A stretch of 64,000 nt of DNA from a bacterium (GTDB lineage Bacteria > Patescibacteriota > Patescibacteriia > JACQRZ01). Location: assembly GCA_030688365.1 (NCBI GenBank), contig JAUYIE010000003.1, positions 30,417-94,416 of the forward strand. The letters run 5' to 3'. The translations under genes and the position numbers were made by a program. This document shows, piece by piece, positions 37,681 through 49,116 of this stretch. The stretch's first letter is position 1. Each line of letters opens with the position of its first letter. A model generated the notes under the pieces. It made no database searches. It worked only from the letters and a program-made list of their open reading frames with translations, and was not told where the DNA came from.

Positions 37681-38919
37681 TCAGCGTTGTGAATGTTTCA
37701 ATGCGAGAGCATCAACGATCTTTTTTATTGCTACAATATATGCTGCCTCTCTTAGTGAAGTATTATGTTGAACAGATACATTCCATACGTCCTCAAACGC
37801 ATCAAAAAGTAGTGAGTCCAGACGATGGTGCACATCGTCTTCGCTCCAGTATTGTTGTGTCTTATTTTGTACCCACTCAAAATATGAAACGATAACACCC
37901 CCTGCATTTGCCAACACGTCAGGAACGACCATGACATCATTGTGAGCTAACACAGCATCGGCAGTATTTGATACAGGACCATTTGCAAGTTCAATGATTA
38001 CAGATGCTTTTATATTTGAAACATTATCGTCGTTGATAGCATTTTCCAAAGCTGCAGGAATGAGAACAGATACGGGCAATGATAACAATTCATCATTTTT
38101 GAGATCTCTCGCATCTGGAAAACCAGATAAACCGTTTGTTTGTTGCTTATATACATGAGCCGCAGATACATCCAATCCTTCTTCGTTATAAATCGCAGAA
38201 CGTGAGTCAGACAATGCTACTACTTTATATCCTAAATCTTGAATAAGACGCGCACCGTGATACCCCACATTGCCAAATCCTTGGATCGCAACGGTTGTCT
38301 CTTGAGGTGTCCAATTTTTTTTCTTAGCTAAATAACGAAGTATATTGGCACCACCCTGTCCCGTAGCAGCTTCCCTTCCAAGAGAGCCACCCAATGCAAG
38401 TGGTTTACCTGTAAACGCCCCTGGCAATTTATGTCGTGCAATGTTCTCATATTCGTCTAACATCCATGCCATAATCTGCTCGTTTGTATTGACGTCCGGC
38501 GCTGGAATATCTTGATCTGGACCTATGAGATCATACATTGCTTTACTGTAACCACGAGACAGTCGTTCAAGCTCGCCCTGCGACAATCGTTTGGGATCTA
38601 CTGTTATACCTCCTTTTGCGCCACCCAAAGGAATGTTGGCAACCGCACATTTTATAGTCATCCATAGCGCTAGTGCATTCACTTCGTTTTCATCTACTTT
38701 AGGATGAAAACGCACTCCTCCTTTATATGGACCACGCGCATTGTTATATTGTGTCCGATACCCCTGAAAAATCTGCACAGTACCATCATCCATTTGTACT
38801 GGTATTGAAACGTGAATACGTTTATCGGGAACGGACAGACGAGCGATCATATCAGGATCAATCATAACACTCGTGCCTGCCTTTTTTATCTGTGATAGTG
38901 CCGATTCAAATATATTCAT
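37681..38919 (-). CDS. gdhA: Glu/Leu/Phe/Val dehydrogenase (glutamate dehydrogenase)
   Basis: GPYKGG, GGAKGG, PAPDV, QGFGNVG, NAGGVIVSYFEW. Confidence 0.93.
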   Translation of the reverse strand: MNIFESALSQIKKAGTSVMIDPDMIARLSVPDKRIHVSIPVQMDDGTVQIFQGYRTQYNNARGPYKGGVRFHPKVDENEVNALALWMTIKCAVANIPLGGAKGGITVDPKRLSQGELERLSRGYSKAMYDLIGPDQDIPAPDVNTNEQIMAWMLDEYENIARHKLPGAFTGKPLALGGSLGREAATGQGGANILRYLAKKKNWTPQETTVAIQGFGNVGYHGARLIQDLGYKVVALSDSRSAIYNEEGLDVSAAHVYKQQTNGLSGFPDARDLKNDELLSLPVSVLIPAALENAINDDNVSNIKASVIIELANGPVSNTADAVLAHNDVMVVPDVLANAGGVIVSYFEWVQNKTQQYWSEDDVHHRLDSLLFDAFEDVWNVSVQHNTSLREAAYIVAIKKIVDALALKHSQR

Positions 38920-38950
38920 AAAAACAATGACCTTTTGAGAGAATTATTCA

Positions 38951-39934
38951 TTAATATCCAAAGCCAACGGCATCTTTGACTTTTTTCATCGTCGCCTCTG
39001 CTTGTACACGCGCATCTTTTGCTCCTTGTTTTAACACAGTCTGCAAAAATTGGCGATCCGTCAAATATTGACTAAACTTTTTTTGAAATGGCTGAAGAAA
39101 TTGTATCAATACTTCTGTCAAATTTTCTTTAAACTCCTTGTATCCTTTTCCTTCATAGCGTGCCTCTATATCCTCTACAGAATCATTAGAAAAAAGATGA
39201 TAGATCTCAATCAGATTGGTTAGTGCCGGCTTATCCTTCCCTGTCTTTACACCACCTTGAGTATCGGTTACCGCACGCTGAATTTTCTTTTTTATTACAT
39301 CAGGTGTATCTGTCAGCGATATATAATTCAGCTCACTTGAGGCGCTCTTGCTCATCTTTTTTAGCGGATCATCAAGACCCATAATACGACCACCTGTTTT
39401 TGGAATAAACATTTCAGGCATCTTAAATGTTTTGCCATATTGTGTATTAAATCTACGAGCCAATTCACGTGTCAACTCAACGTGTTGTTTTTGATCCTCT
39501 CCAACCGGCACAAGATCCACATCATAAAGCAAGATATCAGACGCCATCAGCACAGGGTAATCAAATAATCCGACGTTAATATTTTCAGGATGAGATTGAG
39601 ATTTATCTTTAAATTGATGCATCAATTTAAGCTCTGACATGCGTGCAATCGTATTGAGCACCCAACATAATTCTGCATGTTCTTTCACATCCGACTGAAC
39701 AAATATTATGCTTTTTTTAGGATCAATACCCAATGCCAAATAAAGAGCCGCAGTACGCATAATATTTTCCCGCAATTCGTGTGGATCTTGGACAAGCGTC
39801 AATGCGTGCAGATCAACAACCATAAACAAACATTCATGATCATCTTGCCACTGGACCCATTGTTTCAACGCGCCTATATAGTTACCAATATGCATGACTC
39901 CCGTTGGTTGTGCACCGGAAAGTATTTTTTTCAT
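38951..39934 (-). CDS. trpS: tryptophan-tRNA ligase
   Basis: HIGN, VPVGEDQKQH, KMSKS. Confidence 0.97.
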   Translation of the reverse strand: MKKILSGAQPTGVMHIGNYIGALKQWVQWQDDHECLFMVVDLHALTLVQDPHELRENIMRTAALYLALGIDPKKSIIFVQSDVKEHAELCWVLNTIARMSELKLMHQFKDKSQSHPENINVGLFDYPVLMASDILLYDVDLVPVGEDQKQHVELTRELARRFNTQYGKTFKMPEMFIPKTGGRIMGLDDPLKKMSKSASSELNYISLTDTPDVIKKKIQRAVTDTQGGVKTGKDKPALTNLIEIYHLFSNDSVEDIEARYEGKGYKEFKENLTEVLIQFLQPFQKKFSQYLTDRQFLQTVLKQGAKDARVQAEATMKKVKDAVGFGY

Positions 39935-39938
39935 ATGA

Positions 39939-41735
39939 TTATACTTGCATTATGACCGGTAAAATCATTGGCTTACGTTCTGTTTTTTTAAACAAGAACT
40001 CGCCGATCTCATCTCGTATCCGACCACGTAAATTCGTCCATCCTTGCTGTTCCTTTACATTATAGTTTTCAATCAGCGTTAATGCCATAGCTTTTACTTC
40101 CTTTATCAACTCTTCAGCATTTTTAACATAAATGAATCCACGAGAAAGAATATCAGGTTGTCCGGTGAGTTTGCCAGTCTTGCGATTCACTGCGGCAATA
40201 ATCACTACCATACCATCTTGCGCCATGACTTGCCTATCACGCAACACTACACTACCAACATCACCGATACCCAAACCATCTACCAATATATCTTCCAATT
40301 CTAAAGATTCTTTTAAGACTCGTACATCTTGGTGTTTGTTAAATTCAACAATACTGCCATTTTTTAGAATCAGAACATTTTCTTTGGCAAAACCTAGTTC
40401 CATTGCAGTTTCAGCATGTTGTACCAAGTGATGCCGTTCGCCGTGTATTGGCATAAAGTACTTTGGCTTTACCAGTTGGAGCATAAGCTTCTGCTCTTCT
40501 TGTTGTGCATGGCCTGATGAGTGAATATCAAGTAATTTGTTATATACCACTTTTGCACCGTATCCCAACAATAAATCCATCAATGTTGCTACCGACCGTT
40601 CGTTTCCTGGAATAGGTGAAGACGAGAGTACGATCGTGTCATTTGCATTGATTTTGATCTGCTTATGTTCCCCATGCGCCATCCTACCCAGAGCCGATGA
40701 GTCTTGTCCTTGACTGCCGGTAGATAAAATAGTGATCTTATTTTCCGGATAGTTATCTATTTGGTTGAGTTTAATAAACGCACCTTTCGGCACTTTCAAA
40801 AACCCCAACTCTGCCGCAGTCGTTATGGCTTTTTCCATACTCATACCAGTCACGGCAATCTTTCTTCCCAAATCATGTGACGCGTTTATCACCTGTTGAA
40901 GACGACTGATCAATGTAGAAAACGTTGCAACGACAATACGTCCTTTTGCTTTTGAAAACAAAAGTTCAATTGTTTCCTGAAGCTTTCTTTCAGAGATAGA
41001 GTATCCGGGCTTCTCGGAGTTTGTACTATCAGAACACAGCAACATCACCCCTTCTTGACCCAGACGAGCAATCTTTCCAAACTCCGTAGGACGTTCATCT
41101 TGCGGGGTATGATCAAACTTCCAATCCCCCGTATCAATGATAGTACCTACTGGCGTTTTGATCGCAACGCCTACACCATCGGGGATATTGTGATTTACTC
41201 TGAAGAACGTCAACTTAAAAATACCGAGTTGTAGTGTATCATCAGCACCCACCTCAATCAGTTTCACTACTTTATTAAGATTAAACTCCTCCAAACGATC
41301 GCGGATGATTCCAAGTGTCAAACGTGTACCATATACCGGTGGCATACCCAGACGTTTGATAAGGTATGGGATAGCTCCCATGTGATCCATGTGTCCATGA
41401 GTGATAAAAATCCCGCGAATTTTATGCTTATTTTCTTGCAGATATGTCGTATCTGCTAATACATAATCGATTCCCGGCATATCTTCACGAGGAAACATAA
41501 ATCCCAAATCCATCACTACAATATCGTTGCCATATTCAATACAAAGAGTGTTCCGACCAATTTCTTCTAAACCGCCTAACGGAATAATACGTAAAAGTGG
41601 TTCACCCGAAGATCCCTTCTTGTGCAGAGTTGCACGTTGCTGTGGTACGCGAATGCTCTTGCGAGGAGCCATCATGTCGCGTGGCATTGCTCGCCTCATA
41701 GGTCGAGGCTTACGAAGTACATGTTCATTTTCCAT
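39939..41735 (-). CDS. rnj: ribonuclease J
   Basis: PLGGLEEIG, THGHMDH, HSSGH, PIHGE. Confidence 0.96.
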   Translation of the reverse strand: MENEHVLRKPRPMRRAMPRDMMAPRKSIRVPQQRATLHKKGSSGEPLLRIIPLGGLEEIGRNTLCIEYGNDIVVMDLGFMFPREDMPGIDYVLADTTYLQENKHKIRGIFITHGHMDHMGAIPYLIKRLGMPPVYGTRLTLGIIRDRLEEFNLNKVVKLIEVGADDTLQLGIFKLTFFRVNHNIPDGVGVAIKTPVGTIIDTGDWKFDHTPQDERPTEFGKIARLGQEGVMLLCSDSTNSEKPGYSISERKLQETIELLFSKAKGRIVVATFSTLISRLQQVINASHDLGRKIAVTGMSMEKAITTAAELGFLKVPKGAFIKLNQIDNYPENKITILSTGSQGQDSSALGRMAHGEHKQIKINANDTIVLSSSPIPGNERSVATLMDLLLGYGAKVVYNKLLDIHSSGHAQQEEQKLMLQLVKPKYFMPIHGERHHLVQHAETAMELGFAKENVLILKNGSIVEFNKHQDVRVLKESLELEDILVDGLGIGDVGSVVLRDRQVMAQDGMVVIIAAVNRKTGKLTGQPDILSRGFIYVKNAEELIKEVKAMALTLIENYNVKEQQGWTNLRGRIRDEIGEFLFKKTERKPMILPVIMQV

Positions 41736-41786
41736 GAAACTAGCGCTTAAGAATTAAAAAATAAAATTTTTATTGTTATCACAACA

Positions 41787-41873
41787 TGGTGCCGAAGGAG
41801 GGACTCGAACCCTCACGAGATTGCTCCCACAGCGCTCTGAACGCTGCGTGTCTACCAATTCCACCACTTCGGC
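41787..41873 (-). tRNA. tRNA-Leu(CAG)
   Basis: GCCGAAGTGGTGGAATTGGTAGAC...CAGCG-TTCAGAG-CGCTG, long variable arm, CCA end. Confidence 0.95.
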
Positions 41874-41889
41874 GTGCGTCTTACGTCAT

Positions 41890-43764
41890 CTATTTCCAAA
41901 TACGTCGTGTTTTAACATGCCAGGATGGGATGTCGTTAAAACGATCAGAAGGGTCAACAATGTGTTTTTCATCAGCAATACCTTGCACCTTTTTTGATAC
42001 GACATAATTATAATTAGGATTATAGAGAAATACAGCCGGCGCTTCTTCAGCAAGGATATCCTGAAATTTAATATACATTTCGGCTCGTTTGTCTGGGTCG
42101 GAAATCTGTCGCGCATCCACTAATAGTTTATCAGCGGTCGGATTATTAAAAACTGCAAGATTCAATCCGGGTGGTCGAGACTGTGATGAGTGCCAAAACG
42201 GATATAAATCCGGATCAGAACCGATGATCTCGCCATAAAGAAACGCATCATAATCTCGTGAATCAATAATATCTGATTTGACCCGCGAAGGATCAACCAA
42301 TCGTACTTCAACATCTACACCAGAGGCATCCCACCCTTCTTTTACGATTTGAGCTGCCTTAGCACTTTCCTGCTGATTCACTGTGACCAATACAATATGC
42401 AACAAATGTTGCTGTATCTCAACTCTCTCTTTTGGCACTTCCTTTTTGTCTCGTTGTGCAGCCGCAATCTCTTCAGTAGTAGGAGTCACCGTTACCTTCT
42501 CTTCCTGATACCACTTGCCTTCATCATTTTTTTTCCATCCTGCTGCAGAAAGCAAATCCATGGCCTTAGTCAGATCAAATGGGTATGTTTTAACACCATC
42601 ATTGTAACCCAAAAAACCTTTTAAAATTGGCGCAGAAATCACCTCACCTTCCCCATTGAGTACTTCCCGAACTATGCGGTCCTTATCAATCGAAAGAGCG
42701 AGTGCTTGCCGAATCGCCTTCGTCTTCAAATCAGCATTTGCAGTCTGATTAAAAAATATAGAAGTATACTGCGGTAGATTAAATGTATAGTAGGCCAGAT
42801 CAGTTTCCTTTTCCAAATTGGCACGAAGGTCACGAGGGAGGAAACTAATCCCGTCCACTTTACGGTTTTTTAATGCCTGTACTGCGGAATCTATGTCAGG
42901 ATAAAACTTAAAAGTCACAGCATTTAAATATGGCTTTGATCCATAATATGTATCATTTTTTTCAACAATATACGAACGAATATCTCCACTGCCACCTTTT
43001 TGTAGTGTCTTAAATTTCCAGGCACCCGTTCCAATGGGTTTAGTATTTTGTGGAACATTGCTAAAATTTTCCGATGCAACGTCTGCCCACACGTGTTGAG
43101 GAAGCACTCCTATCGTAGTCAGATTAAGAAAAGGAGCATAGGGCTTTGGTAGTCCCAACTGTATTGTATAATCGTCAACTTTATTTATTTTAACATCGCG
43201 AAAGCTAAGATACAACGGACTCTTTGTAGCCGGGTCCTGAATCCGTGAAATAGTAAATGCAACATCATCTGCGGTAAATGGTTCACCATCATGCCACTGT
43301 ACATCATGACGAAGATAAAATGTATAGGTCTTACTGTCACTAGAAAGTTCGTACCGCTCTGCCAAATCAGGCATAACAGTACGATTGTCATCATATTTTG
43401 TCAATCCTGAATACACCAATTTCGCAATATCACGATCAACATCGTTACTTTGTAAAAATAATGGATTTATATATTGAGGAGATCCAACCAACCCTTCCGT
43501 ATACCCACCTCCATCCTTTGCAACGGCTACTGTATGTGTTTCATAATATTTCCACGACAGAAAAAAAACATTAGCAACGAGCAGTATAACAACGCCACGT
43601 AATAACCACATCTGTAGCGGGGGTAATACTCTCCCGATATATTTAAACTGTTTGAGATTAGGAATCTTTTTTCCTGCGACAGTTGAATACACCAATTTTT
43701 TTTCTATCTTTTTGTGTGCGTCGCCTGATCGTGTACGCCACGCTTGAGGTGAATGATAACGCAT
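41890..43764 (-). CDS. family 5 (peptide/nickel) ABC substrate-binding protein, membrane-anchored
   Basis: PDLAERY...YTFYLR...WHDGEPFTADDVAFT, PIGTG, RQAL. Confidence 0.9.
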   Translation of the reverse strand: MRYHSPQAWRTRSGDAHKKIEKKLVYSTVAGKKIPNLKQFKYIGRVLPPLQMWLLRGVVILLVANVFFLSWKYYETHTVAVAKDGGGYTEGLVGSPQYINPLFLQSNDVDRDIAKLVYSGLTKYDDNRTVMPDLAERYELSSDSKTYTFYLRHDVQWHDGEPFTADDVAFTISRIQDPATKSPLYLSFRDVKINKVDDYTIQLGLPKPYAPFLNLTTIGVLPQHVWADVASENFSNVPQNTKPIGTGAWKFKTLQKGGSGDIRSYIVEKNDTYYGSKPYLNAVTFKFYPDIDSAVQALKNRKVDGISFLPRDLRANLEKETDLAYYTFNLPQYTSIFFNQTANADLKTKAIRQALALSIDKDRIVREVLNGEGEVISAPILKGFLGYNDGVKTYPFDLTKAMDLLSAAGWKKNDEGKWYQEEKVTVTPTTEEIAAAQRDKKEVPKERVEIQQHLLHIVLVTVNQQESAKAAQIVKEGWDASGVDVEVRLVDPSRVKSDIIDSRDYDAFLYGEIIGSDPDLYPFWHSSQSRPPGLNLAVFNNPTADKLLVDARQISDPDKRAEMYIKFQDILAEEAPAVFLYNPNYNYVVSKKVQGIADEKHIVDPSDRFNDIPSWHVKTRRIWK

Positions 43765-43802
43765 AAGTTAAAATAAGGGCGTCAAATGGAGCACCCGGTA
43801 CG

Positions 43803-44033
43803 CTACTTGGTCAAAACTGGAACTATTAAGATCGCAAGAGCGGAACCAATAAAAACAACTGCTAACGCAATACTCAATCGAAACAATAATTTCTCTACTC
43901 CTCGTTTAGTCCGGTATACGTTGCCTTCTCCACCAAAAACACCAGACAAACCAGTGCCTCGTTGTTGAGTCAAAATGGTAACAATAAGCAAAATTGCGGA
44001 TACCGCATTTGTAATCGTTAACGTATATTGCAT
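43803..44033 (-). CDS. secG: preprotein translocase subunit SecG
   Basis: ILTQQRGTGLSGVFGG...RGVEKLL, two TM helices. Confidence 0.9.
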   Translation of the reverse strand: MQYTLTITNAVSAILLIVTILTQQRGTGLSGVFGGEGNVYRTKRGVEKLLFRLSIALAVVFIGSALAILIVPVLTK

Positions 44034-44142
44034 ACAAGATCAGGAAAAATGATGTATATACTGTATAATATCTCAAAAAAAATGTCAAACGACTCTCTTT
44101 TTCATACCATTCTGTTATACTAACTGATGATCACTATCCTTT

Positions 44143-44883
44143 ATGCCAAATACACCCATAAACTCCTTACCCCCTACTCGCGTTTCTCCGCTTTATTTTA
44201 TTATTGTTTTATTAACGATCTCTATTGTTGCTGTGATTACTTATTTTGTAACATCTGAACAAAACACTATGCAGTCAACCACACCGGATACCTTACAATT
44301 TAGTACATTAGCAGGAGCACAAAAACAAAACGGTCTTGATTTAATTAATCCATCGGTTTTGCTTAACAATACCAACTCTCCAGCAGTGGGTGCAACTGCC
44401 TCTGAAGCAAAAGTAACAGTGGTAGAATTTTTAGATTTTCAATGTCCATACTGTCAAGTGAGCGCAAGTATGGTCAAACAGCTTATCGCTCGCTATCAAG
44501 GAAAGAAGGTGCGCTTTATATTTCGCAATCTTCCATTACAAAGTTTACACCCCTATGCGGTGACAGCGGCACATGCCTCACTATGTGCAAATGCTCAAGG
44601 AAAATTTCTTCCTATGTATGACGTGCTATATACACATCAGTCTGAAATCAATCCTGAAAATCTCTACACATTTGCTCGCGATTCCAATCTGAACATGAGT
44701 ACATTTTCTAAATGTATGGTAGCTGGATCATATCAAACTCAAATACAAAAAGATTTTTCTGATGGTGTCGCTCTTGGCGCACAAGGAACACCGACATGGT
44801 TTATTAATGGAAAAATGTTTGAGGGGGCATTATCTCTTGAGACGATGTCTGCCATTATTGACGCGACACTGGCTACACCATAA
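44143..44883 (+). CDS. DsbA-family thiol-disulfide oxidoreductase
   Basis: EFLDFQCPYC and GTPTWFING; N-terminal TM. Confidence 0.92.
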   Translation: MPNTPINSLPPTRVSPLYFIIVLLTISIVAVITYFVTSEQNTMQSTTPDTLQFSTLAGAQKQNGLDLINPSVLLNNTNSPAVGATASEAKVTVVEFLDFQCPYCQVSASMVKQLIARYQGKKVRFIFRNLPLQSLHPYAVTAAHASLCANAQGKFLPMYDVLYTHQSEINPENLYTFARDSNLNMSTFSKCMVAGSYQTQIQKDFSDGVALGAQGTPTWFINGKMFEGALSLETMSAIIDATLATP

Positions 44884-44885
44884 CA

Positions 44886-45662
44886 CTACTGAACGTGTAC
44901 TGGTGTTCCGACCTGTGCCCATTCATATAATCGTTCCATATCCTTGTATGCAACATTGACACAGCCATGAGAAACATTTTTTATTCCAAATAGATTGTGC
45001 CAATATGCACCGTGAATAAAATACCCCCAACCATTGTATATAGTAAATTTCAAATTCCATTTCGTGTTGGGTAAATCATAGCCAGGACCGCCATAGTGTA
45101 CGACCGGTTTTTTTTGTAATATTTTAAAATCTCCACGAGGGGTTGGATAGCCACGCACCCCTGTTGAAACTAAGATCGTGTCCAGCAAAGCTCCATCTTG
45201 AAAATATTGCAATTGAAACTTTTTTATATCAACTCTGATCTGTTTTTTTACCGGTGTTTTGTCTGCGCGTATCGGTGAATATCCATCAGTTACTTCTTGT
45301 CCATCTTTGATACCGTCTCCATCAGTATCGGGATTCATAAGATCGCTACCCAATTTGATTTCCCATGCGTCATTGAGTCCATCTTTATCTGCATCTAACC
45401 ACACGAGTGGATATGCCTTATCGTTAATTGGTGAATAACCATTCTCTATTTCATGCCCATCAAAATATCCATCAAAATCTGTATCCGCATTCATCGGGTT
45501 TGAGTGATATACATGCAATTCACTCCAATCCGTCAGTCCGTCTGCATCACTGTCAACAAAAGTGTTGTTCATAACCTCTTGGCCATAGATTGACGTACCG
45601 GGCATCATCAAAAAAAAGATACCACATGCTGTAAAAAGTTTTATCACAAAAGTGAATTTCAT
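44886..45662 (-). CDS. L,D-transpeptidase (YkuD) with four DxDxDG repeats
   Basis: VSTG, TPRG, IHGAYWH...SHGCVN. Confidence 0.9.
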   Translation of the reverse strand: MKFTFVIKLFTACGIFFLMMPGTSIYGQEVMNNTFVDSDADGLTDWSELHVYHSNPMNADTDFDGYFDGHEIENGYSPINDKAYPLVWLDADKDGLNDAWEIKLGSDLMNPDTDGDGIKDGQEVTDGYSPIRADKTPVKKQIRVDIKKFQLQYFQDGALLDTILVSTGVRGYPTPRGDFKILQKKPVVHYGGPGYDLPNTKWNLKFTIYNGWGYFIHGAYWHNLFGIKNVSHGCVNVAYKDMERLYEWAQVGTPVHVQ

Positions 45663-45793
45663 ATATACACACTATATCATAATTTCTTGACTATGGAGAC
45701 TTGTCTACTTCTTTCTTGGCATGATTACTGTTACTCTTTACGTTTTTCAAAAAGAAGTGTATACTTGCATATTACTTGACTAGAATTTTTCGT

Positions 45794-48649
45794 ATGCTCA
45801 ATAAAATCATCATCAGAGGCGCGCGCGTACACAATTTACAAAATGTTGATTTAGACATTTTACACAATACTCTTGTAGTTTTTACAGGACTTTCAGGTTC
45901 TGGAAAGTCATCACTTGCATTTGATACGATCTACGCGGAAGGACAACGTCGGTTCATGGAAAGTCTCTCTAGTTTTACAAAACAATTCATGGATCATCTT
46001 GACAAGCCCGATGTGGACCAAATCGATGGTCTCCCCCCGACGATTGCTATTGATCAACATACATCAGTTGCGTCACCACGTTCCACCGTGGGTACGGCAA
46101 CGGAAATGTATGACTACTTACGATTACTCTTTGCACGCATCGGTACTCCACACTGCCCTGATTGTCGCAGACCGATCCTGCGATATTCAATGCAAGAAAT
46201 CGTTGAACGTGTCATCGAGATCATGAAAACAAAACCAACAGAAACTTTATTCCTTGCACCGTTACCAAAACAAGACAAGATCCACCTTAATAAACTGATT
46301 GATGAACTAGAACGACTTGGATATCAACACGTGCGCGTAGATAAACTCTCTTATTCTTTGCGCGAACTTGCTGATGCCCGAATCAACGGAGATCACACTC
46401 ACAACATTGAAATCGTCGTTGATAAGATTGAAAAAGGCGAACTAGAATACGTTGATTCTCAACGTGTCGTACGAGCCATAAAAAACGCAATGGAGCTTGG
46501 CGATGGCACGATTACTATATTACTTTCTGATGAAAAAAAGGAACACACATTTACTCGCAACCTTACGTGTCCTGATTGTTCTATCACCATTGATGAGCTT
46601 GAACCCAGCCACTTTTCATTTAACAGCCCACAAGGTGCCTGTTCTGCCTGCACGGGACTTGGCTATCTTTTAAAATTTGATCCTGAACTTTTGATCCCTA
46701 ACAAAAAACTTACTATAGCTCAAGGTGCTATTCAACCTCTGACAAAAATATTTGCAAATAACACACATTTGACCGAGAGCATTGCTGACGCAGGTAAGCG
46801 ACATGATTTTTCTCTTGACACAGCGCTACAAGATTTTACCGACAAGCAACTGAAAATACTTTTTGACGGCGAAGGGAGTAGGAAAAAACGTAAGGAAGGT
46901 GATTTTGGGGGTATCATCGCGTATCTTGAAGAACGGTACCGTGATACAGATTCCGAATATCTACAGAAAGAGCTGGAAGACTATATGCGTATTTTCCCTT
47001 GTGTTGACTGTGAGGGTAGACGGCTCAAACCCGAAGCACTCGCTGTTACTGTCGCCGGATATTCAATTGATCAAATCGTACGACTCTCTCTTGGACAACT
47101 GATTGATCTTTTTCGTGGACTTGATGGCGATAAAAATGAAACATCATTTGAACCACTTGATGAACAGCAGATGCCGATTGCCAAACCTATTATTAAGGAA
47201 ATGCTAAAACGCGCATCGTCTTTAGGTAACGTCGGGCTAGGGTATCTGATACTTGACAGAAGTATGACGACGCTTTCCGGCGGTGAAGCGCAACGCATCA
47301 AACTGGCCAACCATATCAGCTCTTCTTTAGTCGGTGTTGTATATGTACTTGATGAACCGTCTATCGGTCTTCATCCAAAGGATACTGAACAGCTCATTGA
47401 AACGTTACGCACACTGCGTGATGCCGGTAATACAGTCATTGTCGTGGAACATGATACACATATTATTAAATCCGCAGAATATGTTGTGGATGTCGGTCCT
47501 GGTGCGGGTAAGAATGGCGGGCGCATCATCGCCGCAACCACTCCTCAAGAGTTAATGAAAAACAAACACTCATTGACCGGTCAATATTTGAGTGGTGTAA
47601 AAATGATCACTGCCCCCAAGCAACATCACAAAGGAACGGGCAACTTTATACAGATACGTGGTGCGTCAGAGTTTAATTTAAAAAATATTGACGTCAGTAT
47701 TCCGTTAGGCAAACTCGTATGTGTCACCGGACTTTCTGGATCAGGGAAATCAACGTTAGTGATTGAAATACTTTCCAAAGCATTGCGAAAAAAGTTTTAC
47801 CGTGCCAAAGATGACGCAGGTGCACATCAAGAAATCCTGGGTCTTGAACATATTGATAAAATTATTGATATTGATCAATCAGCAATCGGACGCACGCCAC
47901 GATCCAACCCCGCAACATATACAAATATCTTCACGCCGATCCGCGAACTCTTTACCGAGTTGCCCGAAGCACGCATCAAAGGATTCAAACCTGGGCATTT
48001 CAGTTTCAACGTCAAAGGCGGACGATGCGAGACGTGTCAAGGAGAAGGATCGGTACGTATTGATATGCGCTTTCTTTCCGATGTGTATGTAGAATGTCGC
48101 GACTGTCACGGACAACGATACAATCGTGACGCGCTTGAAGTACACTTTGAAGGACAATCTATCGCGGATGTGCTCAAAATGACTGTAGACGAAGCAATGG
48201 AATTTTTTGCCAAGCAAACAGCAATCCACGACAAGCTCAAAACACTTTCAGAAGTCGGCTTGGGATATGTGCAACTCGGACAGCCGGCAAATACGCTTTC
48301 CGGCGGAGAAGCGCAACGCATCAAGCTCGCCTCCGAACTTTCACGACGATCCACCGGCAAGACACTCTATATTTTGGATGAGCCCACCACCGGACTTCAC
48401 TTTGAAGATATCAAACGCTTGCTTCATATCCTTTCGCAACTTGTTGAAAAAGGAAACACCGTGCTCATCATTGAACACAATGTGGATGTTATAAAGACTG
48501 CTGATTGGGTGATTGATCTCGGACCTGAAGGTGGTGAAAAAGGTGGATATATTGTCGGCGAAGGTACGCCGGAAGATATCGCAAACATCAAACATAGCTG
48601 GACCGGGAAGTATTTGAAGGAGGCGATGAATCTAAATCCTACGAAATAA
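45794..48649 (+). CDS. uvrA: excinuclease ABC subunit A
   Basis: GARVHNL, two GLSGSGKS Walker A motifs, two LSGGEAQR motifs, Zn fingers. Confidence 0.98.
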   Translation: MLNKIIIRGARVHNLQNVDLDILHNTLVVFTGLSGSGKSSLAFDTIYAEGQRRFMESLSSFTKQFMDHLDKPDVDQIDGLPPTIAIDQHTSVASPRSTVGTATEMYDYLRLLFARIGTPHCPDCRRPILRYSMQEIVERVIEIMKTKPTETLFLAPLPKQDKIHLNKLIDELERLGYQHVRVDKLSYSLRELADARINGDHTHNIEIVVDKIEKGELEYVDSQRVVRAIKNAMELGDGTITILLSDEKKEHTFTRNLTCPDCSITIDELEPSHFSFNSPQGACSACTGLGYLLKFDPELLIPNKKLTIAQGAIQPLTKIFANNTHLTESIADAGKRHDFSLDTALQDFTDKQLKILFDGEGSRKKRKEGDFGGIIAYLEERYRDTDSEYLQKELEDYMRIFPCVDCEGRRLKPEALAVTVAGYSIDQIVRLSLGQLIDLFRGLDGDKNETSFEPLDEQQMPIAKPIIKEMLKRASSLGNVGLGYLILDRSMTTLSGGEAQRIKLANHISSSLVGVVYVLDEPSIGLHPKDTEQLIETLRTLRDAGNTVIVVEHDTHIIKSAEYVVDVGPGAGKNGGRIIAATTPQELMKNKHSLTGQYLSGVKMITAPKQHHKGTGNFIQIRGASEFNLKNIDVSIPLGKLVCVTGLSGSGKSTLVIEILSKALRKKFYRAKDDAGAHQEILGLEHIDKIIDIDQSAIGRTPRSNPATYTNIFTPIRELFTELPEARIKGFKPGHFSFNVKGGRCETCQGEGSVRIDMRFLSDVYVECRDCHGQRYNRDALEVHFEGQSIADVLKMTVDEAMEFFAKQTAIHDKLKTLSEVGLGYVQLGQPANTLSGGEAQRIKLASELSRRSTGKTLYILDEPTTGLHFEDIKRLLHILSQLVEKGNTVLIIEHNVDVIKTADWVIDLGPEGGEKGGYIVGEGTPEDIANIKHSWTGKYLKEAMNLNPTK

Positions 48650-48829
48650 AGTGTTTGTTGTGCCCAAAACTTCTTGCTCTGAAAAAAAATCTAAATCTTC
48701 CGAATACCGGTGATGAAGAGAATACGCCACCAAAGCAGTACCTCCCGTAAGGTAAAAATTATTTTTTATATACTCTTGACCCGCGAGGAATTCAAGGGCA
48801 CGTAGTTGTCGTTCGGAAAGTATTTGCAT
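48632..48829 (-). pseudogene. truncated AbiEii-family nucleotidyltransferase
   Basis: FYLTGGTAL...HRYSEDLDFF is followed by an unrelated tail running into the uvrA 3' end; only 65 aa. Confidence 0.75.
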
Positions 48830-49023
48830 TACGAAGCAAGTAAAAAAGAAAGAAACGCTTTACGGCCGGGGTCAATTGCAAGAGTATCAAAATATTTTTT
48901 CAAAAGGTTTTTATCAAGCTTCTGGTCAGACAAACCAAAACTCACCATCTGTTCCAATTTCCAGATGGCGTAGTTTTCCGTATTTTTCTTCAGTTCAGTT
49001 GTGTCGGTTGACCAATTATACAT
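48829..49023 (-). CDS. small protein upstream of the AbiEii fragment (putative antitoxin partner)
   Basis: 64 aa (MYNWSTD...WKLEQMVSFGL); its stop overlaps the start of the toxin fragment. Confidence 0.6.
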   Translation of the reverse strand: MYNWSTDTTELKKNTENYAIWKLEQMVSFGLSDQKLDKNLLKKYFDTLAIDPGRKAFLSFLLAS

Positions 49024-49116
49024 AATTGAATATTAGCATATTTGCGAGCTTTTGTCCAGTTTGCAACCATGGCAAAACATTGCTACACTTGAAGCACGAA
49101 AATAACCTTTTGGTCT

